From Sulfurimonadaceae bacterium (lineage in GTDB: Bacteria; Campylobacterota; Campylobacteria; Campylobacterales; Sulfurimonadaceae), in the NCBI GenBank assembly GCA_041548245.1, contig JBFESZ010000014.1, positions 1 to 31,698 on the forward strand: a stretch of DNA of 31,698 nucleotides, read 5' to 3'. A program made the position numbers and the translations under genes. Positions 10,853 to 18,971 of this stretch are shown piece by piece. The notes beneath the pieces were generated by a model. That model ran no database searches and was not told the DNA's origin. It saw nothing but the letters and a program-made list of their open reading frames with translations. Within the stretch, counting starts at the first letter, position 1, and every line of letters begins with the position of its first letter.

Positions 10853-12353
10853 GTCTTGCTTGCCTTTTATTGGCCTGTGATGATGTTTTATTCGCATTGT
10901 TTATTTGCATCGGGGCATAGGGTTTTAAATAAGCAGGAAGAATGCGTCCTTTGATCTTGAGGAGGTCATCTATCATATATTTAGCGACTTTGGAGTTCTC
11001 CATATTTAATTCAGTTGTCAGATACTCAAAGAGCAGTTTTGATAGTCTATCAAGTGATATTTTCCATGTCGAGTCTGTTTGGGTGTAGATCCATTCGGAA
11101 AAAGCATAAAAGCTATCGTATACGGACTTCTTTTCCCATAGAAGCGTGATGGATTTTTTAAAGTTTCCGCTATTGTAGGTCAGGTCCCAAAAACGTGCAA
11201 AACGTTTCATCTTTTGTATAGCCTTAAAAGAGAGCAGGTCATTGCTCAAGATGTCATAGGGAGGAATGTCGCTGTAGCGCATACCGAATTCTCTGTCATG
11301 CCGTTCAAGTGTGGTTCCAGAGAGTTTTTTTAAGATGCCGATCTGTATCTCTGAAGCACTGATTGAGACAAGTTCGTTCAGATTCTTTCCAAAGCTCTGT
11401 AAATCTTCGCCAGGAAGGCCTACGATAAGATCAAGATGGATATGTGCCTTGGTCTGATTTTCAATGTATTCAAGGTTTTCTTTTATTTTTTTGATCTTTA
11501 AAGGCCGGTTGATGTTCTGAGCTACTTGTGGATTGAGTGTTTGAATTCCTATCTCCAGTTGTAATGCACCAGCAGGAAAAAGTGCAATTTTTTCTTTGAT
11601 ACTTTCAGGAAAATGATCAGGTATGACTTCAAAATGGGCGAAGTATGGCGCTTCTTTGGCAAGGAAGAAGTCCAGTATTGCATTGGCGAACTTCATATTG
11701 AGGTTAAATGTTCTATCGACAAATTTGAAATTACGTGCCCCTTTTTGCCAGAGTAGCTCAAACTCTTCTAACAATTGATTTAAATCGAAATTTCGTACCT
11801 TTTCGTCAATGGAGGAGAGACAGAACTCACACATAAAAGGGCAGCCGCGAGAAGCTTCTACATAGATATAGCGGTTGTCGATATCGTTTTGAGAATAGTA
11901 TCTATAAGGGAGTTTGACCTTACTCAGATCGGCAAGGATAGGTTTGATGACCTGTTCATTTGGTGCCGTGTCTGTCTGGATCTCTTTACAAAGTTTATAA
12001 AAGGCTATATCGCCTTCACCCTGGATAATATAATCGGCTTTTGAAAAGTTTACTCGAAATGGTTCGTAGGAGACTTCGGGACCACCCAATACGATTTTAG
12101 TCTGCGGGGAAACTTTTTTTATGACCTCTATCAGTTCATGAGTCTGCGTAGCGTTCCAAATATAGACCCCCAAACCAAGAATAGTCGGTGATTCATCGAG
12201 AATCTTTTCGGCTATAGTTTGAACGGCATCGTTGATACTAAACTCAAGAATACGGCTGTTTTGCATAAGTTCTTGCATATTGGCGTAGAGGTATCGCAGG
12301 CCGATAGAGCTATGGGTGTAACGGGCATTTAATGTCGCAAGAATAATTTTCAT
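10845..12353 (-). CDS. B12-binding domain radical SAM protein (DUF4080-type C-terminus)
   Basis: LNARYTHSSIGLRYL and VLGGPEVS cobalamin-binding domain; CxxxCxxC in SRGCPFMCEFC; KFVDRTFN and HLDLIVGLPGE. Confidence 0.9.
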   Translation of the reverse strand: MKIILATLNARYTHSSIGLRYLYANMQELMQNSRILEFSINDAVQTIAEKILDESPTILGLGVYIWNATQTHELIEVIKKVSPQTKIVLGGPEVSYEPFRVNFSKADYIIQGEGDIAFYKLCKEIQTDTAPNEQVIKPILADLSKVKLPYRYYSQNDIDNRYIYVEASRGCPFMCEFCLSSIDEKVRNFDLNQLLEEFELLWQKGARNFKFVDRTFNLNMKFANAILDFFLAKEAPYFAHFEVIPDHFPESIKEKIALFPAGALQLEIGIQTLNPQVAQNINRPLKIKKIKENLEYIENQTKAHIHLDLIVGLPGEDLQSFGKNLNELVSISASEIQIGILKKLSGTTLERHDREFGMRYSDIPPYDILSNDLLSFKAIQKMKRFARFWDLTYNSGNFKKSITLLWEKKSVYDSFYAFSEWIYTQTDSTWKISLDRLSKLLFEYLTTELNMENSKVAKYMIDDLLKIKGRILPAYLKPYAPMQINNANKTSSQANKRQARHA

Positions 12354-12386
12354 ACGAAATGATACACACACAGAACTGTTTATTAG

Positions 12387-12401
12387 ATATAATCATTATA
12401 T
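12387..12401. promoter_or_regulatory. 7-1-7 palindrome ATATAAT-C-ATTATAT: back-to-back -10 boxes and/or a Fur/PerR-family operator
   Basis: Perfect inverted repeat in the divergent intergenic region, giving TATAAT on both strands. Confidence 0.5.
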
Positions 12402-12430
12402 TATTTAAAGCAAAAGAACAAGGAAGAATA

Positions 12431-12724
12431 ATGAAAGAGTGCAGTTCTTTAGAAGAAGTTCGCCATGAAGTGGATAAACTTGATGATGAGATAGTAAAGC
12501 TTATCGCGGCTCGCAGTGCCTATATCCATCAAGCTGCCAAATTCAAGCAAAGTGTTGAAGAAGTCAAAGCTGAAGAGAGAGTTAAGAAGGTCATGGAACG
12601 TGTACGTCACAAAGCCCTAGAATTAGGTATATCACCTAATCTGATAACAGAGCTGTATACTAAGATGATCGATGCGATGGTTGAGATGGAGATATCCGAG
12701 TTTCGTGATCGCGGAGCTTTGTGA
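12431..12724 (+). CDS. Stand-alone chorismate mutase type II / PchB-like isochorismate pyruvate lyase family protein
   Basis: CSSLEEVR.EVD.LD, R..YI..AAKFK and ER motifs; SD AAGGA ahead of ATG 12431. Confidence 0.85.
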   Translation: MKECSSLEEVRHEVDKLDDEIVKLIAARSAYIHQAAKFKQSVEEVKAEERVKKVMERVRHKALELGISPNLITELYTKMIDAMVEMEISEFRDRGAL

Positions 12725-12843
12725 TGATTTTATATAACTAAGCTCTAAATGCAGTAAAATAGGGATTACCTATTTACACTTTATTGTCCATTTATTCTTA
12801 TAATCTGCAGATAAAAGGATGAATTGACAAGGTCTATCATTAG

Positions 12844-12866
12844 TTTAAGATAATCTTCGTTAAAAT
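12844..12866 (+). promoter_or_regulatory. Putative pal promoter
   Basis: TTTAAG-N11-TAAAAT, the same geometry as upstream of slyD and rpmH. Confidence 0.55.
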
Positions 12867-12895
12867 CGGACTAATTTTTAAAAAGGACACTAAAG

Positions 12896-13453
12896 ATGAA
12901 AAAACTTCTAGCTATGAGTGCAGTGGCTGCACTCCTTTTATTCTCAGGGTGTAGTCAAAAAGACCCGGCAATTGATGCTACAAGCGAAACTGCGCAAACA
13001 GAGACTGTTGAGGTACAAGACCCAAGCGCGACTCAGGCAAGTGGACTTGAAGATGGTGCAATCGATCAAAGCGGTAGTGCCGCTGATGCTGTTGAAACAA
13101 GTTTAGGTGCTTTAGAGGCAAAACTTCAAAGTATTCGATTCGATTTTGATAAGTTTGAAATCAGAGCTGATATGGAAAACACATTGAAAGCGAACTCAAC
13201 TCTTGTTAAAGTAGGAGCATCAGTTTATAATGTAAAACTTGAAGGTAATTGTGATGAGTGGGGTAGTGATGAGTATAACTACGCACTAGGCCTTAAGCGA
13301 GCAAAAACGACTAAAGACGCACTGATCGCTGATGGTGTTGCAGCTGAACGTATCACAATGGTAAGTTTTGGTGAGAGTAACCCAGTATGTACAGAACAAA
13401 CCCAAGCATGTTGGGCACAAAACCGTAGAGTAGATTTTAAACTTCTTCCATAA
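12896..13453 (+). CDS. pal: Peptidoglycan-associated lipoprotein Pal (OmpA family)
   Basis: Lipobox FSGC, FDFDK, EGNCDEWGSDEYNYALG, SFGE and QNRRV motifs; SD AAGGA. Confidence 0.95.
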   Translation: MKKLLAMSAVAALLLFSGCSQKDPAIDATSETAQTETVEVQDPSATQASGLEDGAIDQSGSAADAVETSLGALEAKLQSIRFDFDKFEIRADMENTLKANSTLVKVGASVYNVKLEGNCDEWGSDEYNYALGLKRAKTTKDALIADGVAAERITMVSFGESNPVCTEQTQACWAQNRRVDFKLLP

Positions 13454-14355
13454 TGAAAAGACTTTTATTACTAAGCTCTTTTCTACTTCCGCTCTCTCTT
13501 TATGCAGAAAAGTCTGCATTTGGAGCGGGTGATCTTAACAACCCTTCCCCTTATGGACTAACCAAAACAGAGAAATATCTTCTTGATACTAAAGAAACAA
13601 TCAGTGATATCGAAGGAACGGTACGGAAAAACCGTTCACGTATTACCAGTGTAGAAGAGTCACTTTCAGGGGTGAGAAGTATTGTTGAAGGCCTGAATGA
13701 ACAAGGACATGCGGATAAAGTCTCATTACAGTCTTTAAAAGATGAGATTGCTCTTGTGAAGGATTCTTCTTCACAAGTGAGTCAAAAAATTGATGAGATC
13801 ATTGTAAACCATGATGAGAATATCAAGCAGCTTAAGACAGTGATGGGTGAACTGAGTTCCTTGATCGATACGATTAACAGTACCTATGTGAGTAGAGAAG
13901 AGTACAACAAGCTAGCGCAGGAGATTAACAGTTTCAAACTGGATGTTTCTAAACAGTTAAAGAAGATTGCCAAAGGTAGCAGTAATACTTTGGATAATAA
14001 AAGTAATGCTCAAGTTGAAAAAGAGGCGGATGCATTGTTTAAAAAAGAGAAGTATGCAGATGCTATCGACATGTTTGAACATTTGATTACTAAGCATTAT
14101 AAACCTGCACGTGCACATTTTTACATTGGTGAATCCTATTTTCAACTTGATGAGTACAGTAATGCGATCGCTTATTTTAAAGAGAGTGCAAAACTATATT
14201 CAAAGGCAGACTATATGCCAAAACTTATGTTGCATACAGCAATTTCTCTTAACAAAACCAAAGACGCTGACGGCGCACAACAGTTTTTTCAAGCCGTTAT
14301 AGCCAAATACCCAAACTCATCGGAAGCAAAAAAAGCGGAAAAGTTTCTTAAGTAG
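13453..14355 (+). CDS. cpoB: Tol-Pal associated coiled-coil/TPR protein (CpoB/YbgF-like)
   Basis: Signal peptide, SAFGAG...PYGLT, coiled coil and C-terminal TPRs ending KYPNS; coupled to pal. Confidence 0.85.
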   Translation: MKRLLLLSSFLLPLSLYAEKSAFGAGDLNNPSPYGLTKTEKYLLDTKETISDIEGTVRKNRSRITSVEESLSGVRSIVEGLNEQGHADKVSLQSLKDEIALVKDSSSQVSQKIDEIIVNHDENIKQLKTVMGELSSLIDTINSTYVSREEYNKLAQEINSFKLDVSKQLKKIAKGSSNTLDNKSNAQVEKEADALFKKEKYADAIDMFEHLITKHYKPARAHFYIGESYFQLDEYSNAIAYFKESAKLYSKADYMPKLMLHTAISLNKTKDADGAQQFFQAVIAKYPNSSEAKKAEKFLK

Positions 14356-14369
14356 AAGTTTTTCGCTTT
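14332..14369 (+). terminator. Putative terminator hairpin spanning the cpoB stop codon
   Basis: AAAGCGGAAAA pairs with TTTTTCGCTTT, with an inner TTCT/AGAA stem. Confidence 0.45.
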
Positions 14370-14415
14370 CTATCTCTAGCTTTAATATATCTTTCAATTA
14401 CGATTGGTAAGACAT

Positions 14416-14438
14416 CTTAAAGCATCTTATGATAAAAT
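14416..14438 (+). promoter_or_regulatory. Putative slyD-operon promoter (extended -10 TGaTAAAAT)
   Basis: TGATAAAAT at 14430-14438, with TTAA starting 16 nt before the hexamer. Confidence 0.55.
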
Positions 14439-14487
14439 CACAAAAATTTAAATGATGATAATTTAATCATTATCAAGGATAAAAAAA

Positions 14488-14997
14488 ATGGCAATTGAAA
14501 ATAACCAAATTGTATCGATTGAATATGAAGTACGCAGTGGAAATCAAGTAGTAGACAGTAATGTTGGCAAAGATCTTCTTACATTTATGATTGGAAAACA
14601 GCAAATCATTCCAGGTCTTGAAGAGGAAGTATGCAAAATGAGTATGGGAGAGAAGGGTGATATCCTTGTTCCTGCAGCTAAAGCTTATGGTGAATACAAT
14701 GAAGAAGCTCTTCAGGAAGTTCCAAAAGAGCAATTCGCTGGTATCGATCTTACTGAAGGCATGAGTCTTTATGGTCAAAGTGAAGATGGCGGTACAGTCC
14801 AAGTAACAGTAAAAGAGATCAAGGATGAAGCGGTAACAATTGATTATAACCACCCATTGGCTGGTCAAGATCTGATGTTTACAGTTACGGTCGCAACAGT
14901 TCGTGATGCAACTCCTGAAGAAGCGATGACTGGTATTCCTGCAGAAAATGCTCAACCGGCAGGTGGGAGCTGTGGTTCAGGCTGTGGATGCCACTAA
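14488..14997 (+). CDS. slyD: FKBP-type peptidyl-prolyl isomerase SlyD
   Basis: IIPGLE, AYGE and IDYNHPLAG motifs; C-terminal GGSCGSGCGCH metal-binding tail. Confidence 0.95.
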   Translation: MAIENNQIVSIEYEVRSGNQVVDSNVGKDLLTFMIGKQQIIPGLEEEVCKMSMGEKGDILVPAAKAYGEYNEEALQEVPKEQFAGIDLTEGMSLYGQSEDGGTVQVTVKEIKDEAVTIDYNHPLAGQDLMFTVTVATVRDATPEEAMTGIPAENAQPAGGSCGSGCGCH

Positions 14998-15751
14998 TTT
15001 CATAGCTAAATCTAATGCTTCACTTGAGGCATTAAAGACGGCGAACCTTCTTAAGGGTCTGCCGGTTAATGCTTTTATTTTTGGTCAAAGTGGCACTGGA
15101 AAAAAGAGCTTAGCAAAATATATTCTTCCCAATGCACCTATCGTTGATGCACGTTACTATGATGAACTGGAAGATACATTAAGTTCCAATAAAACAATTA
15201 TTATTTCAAATTTTGACAAAATACCAAACTTTGATAATTTCAAACGCTTGGTCGATAAGTACGAGGTGCGTATTATTGCACTTGCCAATGCAATCTTCAA
15301 CAGTGATGTCATTGACAGGTTTTTTGGGATTAAAGTGTATCTGCCACCCTTATCAGAGCGAAAAGAAGATGTGAAGGCTCTGGCAGAGTATTTTTTAGAT
15401 GAAGCGTTCAGAGTGTTTAATATTGATAAAAAGACAAAGATTAATATTGATACTTCTCGAATCGCTCTTGATCAAAATGCCCACTCAATACGTCGCCATG
15501 TCTATATGAAAGTTCAGTTTCAAAGTATTGACGAAATAGAGTTAATGGATCTGACAGAAGGTTTTTTAAAAGAGAAGATGGGCGGTAACAGCGATTACAG
15601 GAATTTTCTATATCTGTATGAAGCACCGCTGATTAATGCCGGCTTGGAAAAGTTTAAAACACAGTTGCAGCTTTCAGATAAGTTGGGACTCAATAGAAAT
15701 ACATTGCGTAAAAAAATTGCTGAAAACAAGGAATATTTAAGACATGAGTAA
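14984..15751 (+). CDS. Degenerate NtrC-like AAA+ domain with C-terminal Fis-type HTH
   Basis: Walker A GQSGTGK, VRIIALAN, LPPLSERKEDV and HTH LGLNRNTLRKK. Start uncertain: GTG 14984 overlapping the slyD end; the ORF track gives 14948. Confidence 0.8.
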   Translation: MDATNFIAKSNASLEALKTANLLKGLPVNAFIFGQSGTGKKSLAKYILPNAPIVDARYYDELEDTLSSNKTIIISNFDKIPNFDNFKRLVDKYEVRIIALANAIFNSDVIDRFFGIKVYLPPLSERKEDVKALAEYFLDEAFRVFNIDKKTKINIDTSRIALDQNAHSIRRHVYMKVQFQSIDEIELMDLTEGFLKEKMGGNSDYRNFLYLYEAPLINAGLEKFKTQLQLSDKLGLNRNTLRKKIAENKEYLRHE

Positions 15752-16676
15752 AGTAGCATTCATCTTTCCTGGACAGGGAAGTCAAACAATCGGTATGGGT
15801 AAAAGTTTTGTAGAGAATTCTGAACTTGCAAAAGAGATGATGCTCAAAGCATCTGAACGTACAGGTATTGATTTTGAAAAGCTTCTTTTTGAAGAGAATG
15901 AGGAGATCAATAAAACTGAAAACACACAGCCGGCAATCCTTCTGGTTAGTCTAATGGCACATGCCTTGTTTGCAGAGAAATCAGATGTAAAACCGACACT
16001 TCTTCTTGGACACTCACTTGGGGAGTTTTCAGCAGTTTCAGCAGCAGGTGCGCTAGACCCGATAGATGCGGTAGAGTTGGTTAATGCCCGCGGTAAGTTG
16101 ATGCAGGGGGCCTGCGATGAGATAGAAGCTTCTATGATGGTTGTTTTGGGTCTTAGTGATGAGCAGGTTGAGGATATCTGTGAAAAAGCACAGGCTGGAG
16201 GGAAAAAAGTATGGCCGGCCAACTACAATCAGGATGGACAGCTTGTTGTTGCTGGAATGAAATCTGATTTGGCTTCAATGGAGTCTGTGTTTAAAGAAGC
16301 CGGCGCTAAAAGAGCAATGCTGTTAAACATGTCAGTAGCTTCGCATTGCCCAATTCTAGAACCTGCACAAGCTCCTTTGAAAGAGAAGATGCAAGAAGTC
16401 TTAAAAGACACCTTCATTGCCCCTGTTATTTCAAATGTTACGACAACGGCTTATTCAACAAAAGAACAGGCACTTGAGCTTTTGACTGAGCAGCTTACAC
16501 AGCCAGTAAAATACAAGCAGAGTATAGAGGCTATTGCAGGTGATGTGGATGTAGCTATCGAGTTTGGGAACGGTAAGGTTCTTACTGGTATGAACAAACG
16601 TATCAATAAAGATATGAAGAACTACAATGTCTATGACATGGAGAGTTTGGAAGCTGTATTGGCTGAGTTCGCTTAA
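15744..16676 (+). CDS. fabD: Malonyl-CoA:ACP transacylase
   Basis: FPGQGSQ, TQPAI, catalytic GHSLGE and SVASH motifs. Confidence 0.97.
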   Translation: MSKVAFIFPGQGSQTIGMGKSFVENSELAKEMMLKASERTGIDFEKLLFEENEEINKTENTQPAILLVSLMAHALFAEKSDVKPTLLLGHSLGEFSAVSAAGALDPIDAVELVNARGKLMQGACDEIEASMMVVLGLSDEQVEDICEKAQAGGKKVWPANYNQDGQLVVAGMKSDLASMESVFKEAGAKRAMLLNMSVASHCPILEPAQAPLKEKMQEVLKDTFIAPVISNVTTTAYSTKEQALELLTEQLTQPVKYKQSIEAIAGDVDVAIEFGNGKVLTGMNKRINKDMKNYNVYDMESLEAVLAEFA

Positions 16677-17434
16677 TGAAAGTTTGTTTAGCTCAGGTAT
16701 CGCCTAAACTTAACAGATCGAATATAGAGATGCATTTACAGGAGATAAAGTCTTGTAATGCAGATGTTATTGTTTTTCCTGAGCTCTCGTTAAACGGCTA
16801 TTTACTTCAAGACAAAGTGTATGAAGATGCATTTAGTCTTGAAGAACTTGATTGTTTTGTTCAAGCGAGTCACAATATAGACATCGTTTTAGGTTGTGCG
16901 CTTCGACAAAACCATCGCATTTTTAATGCCGGGATTTACTTCTCAAAAGGAGAAGTACTACATGTCCATCACAAAGTACATTTGCCAAACTACGGGATGT
17001 TTGAAGAGGCTCGCTATTATTTTAAGGGTGATAGTATAGAGTTCTTCAAGACAGCATATGGCTATACGGCTCTTGTCGTATGTGAAGATCTATGGCGAGC
17101 CGAGAGCATTGCTGAACTCTCATCTAAAAAACCGGAGCTTATTTATGTATTGGCCAACTCTCCGGTACGTGATTTCAAAGAGAATGGTCTGTTGATCAAA
17201 GAGCAATGGGAAGCGATATTAAAAACAACAGCACTTTTGTGTGGTGCCTATGTTGTCTTTGTCAATCGTGTCGGATTTGAAGATGGCATTGGTTTTTGGG
17301 GTTCTTCGATGATCATTACACCTTCAGGTGAAAAAGAGGCAGAGTTAGAAGGCTTCCAAGCAGAGACAAAGAGTTTTGAACTGAACAGACAACTTCATTT
17401 CGCACAAAAACAGATCATCAAAAACGACGTATAG
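16676..17434 (+). CDS. Nitrilase/carbon-nitrogen hydrolase family protein
   Basis: Glu-Lys-Cys triad motifs FPELSL, HHKVHLPNYGMFEE and VCEDLW; FVNRVG. Confidence 0.9.
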   Translation: MKVCLAQVSPKLNRSNIEMHLQEIKSCNADVIVFPELSLNGYLLQDKVYEDAFSLEELDCFVQASHNIDIVLGCALRQNHRIFNAGIYFSKGEVLHVHHKVHLPNYGMFEEARYYFKGDSIEFFKTAYGYTALVVCEDLWRAESIAELSSKKPELIYVLANSPVRDFKENGLLIKEQWEAILKTTALLCGAYVVFVNRVGFEDGIGFWGSSMIITPSGEKEAELEGFQAETKSFELNRQLHFAQKQIIKNDV

Positions 17435-17454
17435 AGTTTAGGACAAGGGAATTT

Positions 17455-18144
17455 ATGAAAATTGCAATTATGGGAGCTATGCCGGAAGAGATCGCTCCAT
17501 TGTTAGAGAAGGTCGGTGAGTATAAACTTACTGAATATGCGGGTAATAAATATTATGAAGCAGTCTATGCCGGACATGATCTGATTATTGCCTATTCAAA
17601 GATAGGCAAGGTCTTTTCAACTCTCACAGCCACAACAATGCTGCAAAAGTTTGGAGCTGAACTGCTGCTTTTTTCCGGTGTTGCAGGTGCCATCAATCCA
17701 AAACTAAAGATCGGAAATCTTATTGCGGCGACAAAGTTATGCCAGCATGACCTTGATATCACAGCCTTTGGACATCCTTTCGGGTATGTTCCCGAAGGTA
17801 AGCAGTTTATTGAAGCCGACATTCAACTTATTGCTAGAGCAAAGCAAGTGGCTTCTGAAATGGGATTGGAACTTATGGAAGGGATAATTGCAACGGGAGA
17901 TCAGTTCGTAGCGGATCCTGAACGTAACCAATGGATAGGAGAAACATTCAAGGCGGATGCGCTTGAGATGGAAGGTGCTTCGGTCGCTTGTGTCTGTGAC
18001 GCGATGGGAATACCATTTTTTATTTTAAGGGCTATCTCTGATGCTGCTGACATGGATGCCAGTTTCTCATTTGATGCGTTTTTAGAGAGTTCGGCAAAAG
18101 AGAGCGCGGCTTTTATTATAAAGATGGTAGAGAACATTGAGTAA
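17455..18144 (+). CDS. mtnN: 5'-methylthioadenosine/S-adenosylhomocysteine nucleosidase (Pfs/MTAN)
   Basis: IMGAMPEE, SKIGKV, FSGVAG, TGDQF, LEMEGA and RAISD motifs. Confidence 0.95.
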   Translation: MKIAIMGAMPEEIAPLLEKVGEYKLTEYAGNKYYEAVYAGHDLIIAYSKIGKVFSTLTATTMLQKFGAELLLFSGVAGAINPKLKIGNLIAATKLCQHDLDITAFGHPFGYVPEGKQFIEADIQLIARAKQVASEMGLELMEGIIATGDQFVADPERNQWIGETFKADALEMEGASVACVCDAMGIPFFILRAISDAADMDASFSFDAFLESSAKESAAFIIKMVENIE

Positions 18145-18907
18145 GCAAAAATCGATAGTACCTTCCAAAAAGATCATGTCTCAATTGGGAAAGACGAATG
18201 CGGCTTTTGGTCTCATTGAAGAGGGTGATAAGATACTTGTAGGTCTCTCTGGAGGAAAAGACTCTTTAACGATGATCCATGCCATGCGTGAACAGCAGCG
18301 ACGAGCCCCTTTTAAGTTTGAGTTTATTGCAGTAACAGTCTCATACGGCATGGGAGAGAACTTTGATTATCTAGCCAAGCATTGTGAAGAGTATGGGATT
18401 GAATATCATATTAAAGATACAGAAATCTATGAGACGGCGCAGGAGAAGATAAGAAAGAACTCATCATTTTGCTCTTTCTTTTCTCGTATGCGTCGAGGCT
18501 CTTTATATTCTGTCGCAGAAGAGTTGGGGTGTAATAAGCTGGCATTGGGACACCATTTGGATGATGCTGCAGAGAGTTTTTTTATGAACCTTATCTATAA
18601 TGGTCAGATGCGCAGTTTGGCACCAAAATACAAAGCAGGCAATGGAATTATCGTCATTCGTCCTCTCATTCAGATGCGTGAACGTCAATTAAGGGCTTTT
18701 GTCAAAGACAATGGTCTTGAGGCGATAGGTGACGAAGCCTGTCCTGCCATGCGTTTTGATGTGAAAATGCCTCATGCACGTGCAACGATGAAAGAGATGT
18801 TGGCCGATATGGAGAGAAAATATCCTGATGTTTTTGTATCTATAAATGCCGCTTTCGGAAATATATCAGAGGAAAGTTTTTTCGACCCTGAACGTTTTTC
18901 TTTATAG
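18137..18907 (+). CDS. ttcA: TtcA-family PP-loop ATPase (tRNA 2-thiocytidine biosynthesis-like)
   Basis: SGGKDS, SRMRRG, LALGHHLDD and IRPL motifs; TTG start overlapping mtnN. Confidence 0.85.
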   Translation: MSKQKSIVPSKKIMSQLGKTNAAFGLIEEGDKILVGLSGGKDSLTMIHAMREQQRRAPFKFEFIAVTVSYGMGENFDYLAKHCEEYGIEYHIKDTEIYETAQEKIRKNSSFCSFFSRMRRGSLYSVAEELGCNKLALGHHLDDAAESFFMNLIYNGQMRSLAPKYKAGNGIIVIRPLIQMRERQLRAFVKDNGLEAIGDEACPAMRFDVKMPHARATMKEMLADMERKYPDVFVSINAAFGNISEESFFDPERFSL

Positions 18908-18971
18908 TATTATTTATAGTTTGTTTTTAATATTTTATGTTAGCATTTAACACCTAAATGGGGGTGTCATC

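Noticed and set aside
14473..16417. Long antisense ORFs opposite slyD and fabD (160 and 146 aa)
   Set aside because: Almost wholly antisense to conserved genes with no domain features. The same applies to the other antisense ORFs in the track.
18950..18967. ACACC/GGTGT hairpin over the kinase SD (thermometer-like)
   Set aside because: The stem is only 5-6 bp, and the predicted start from TGtTAGCAT would fall inside the 5' arm.
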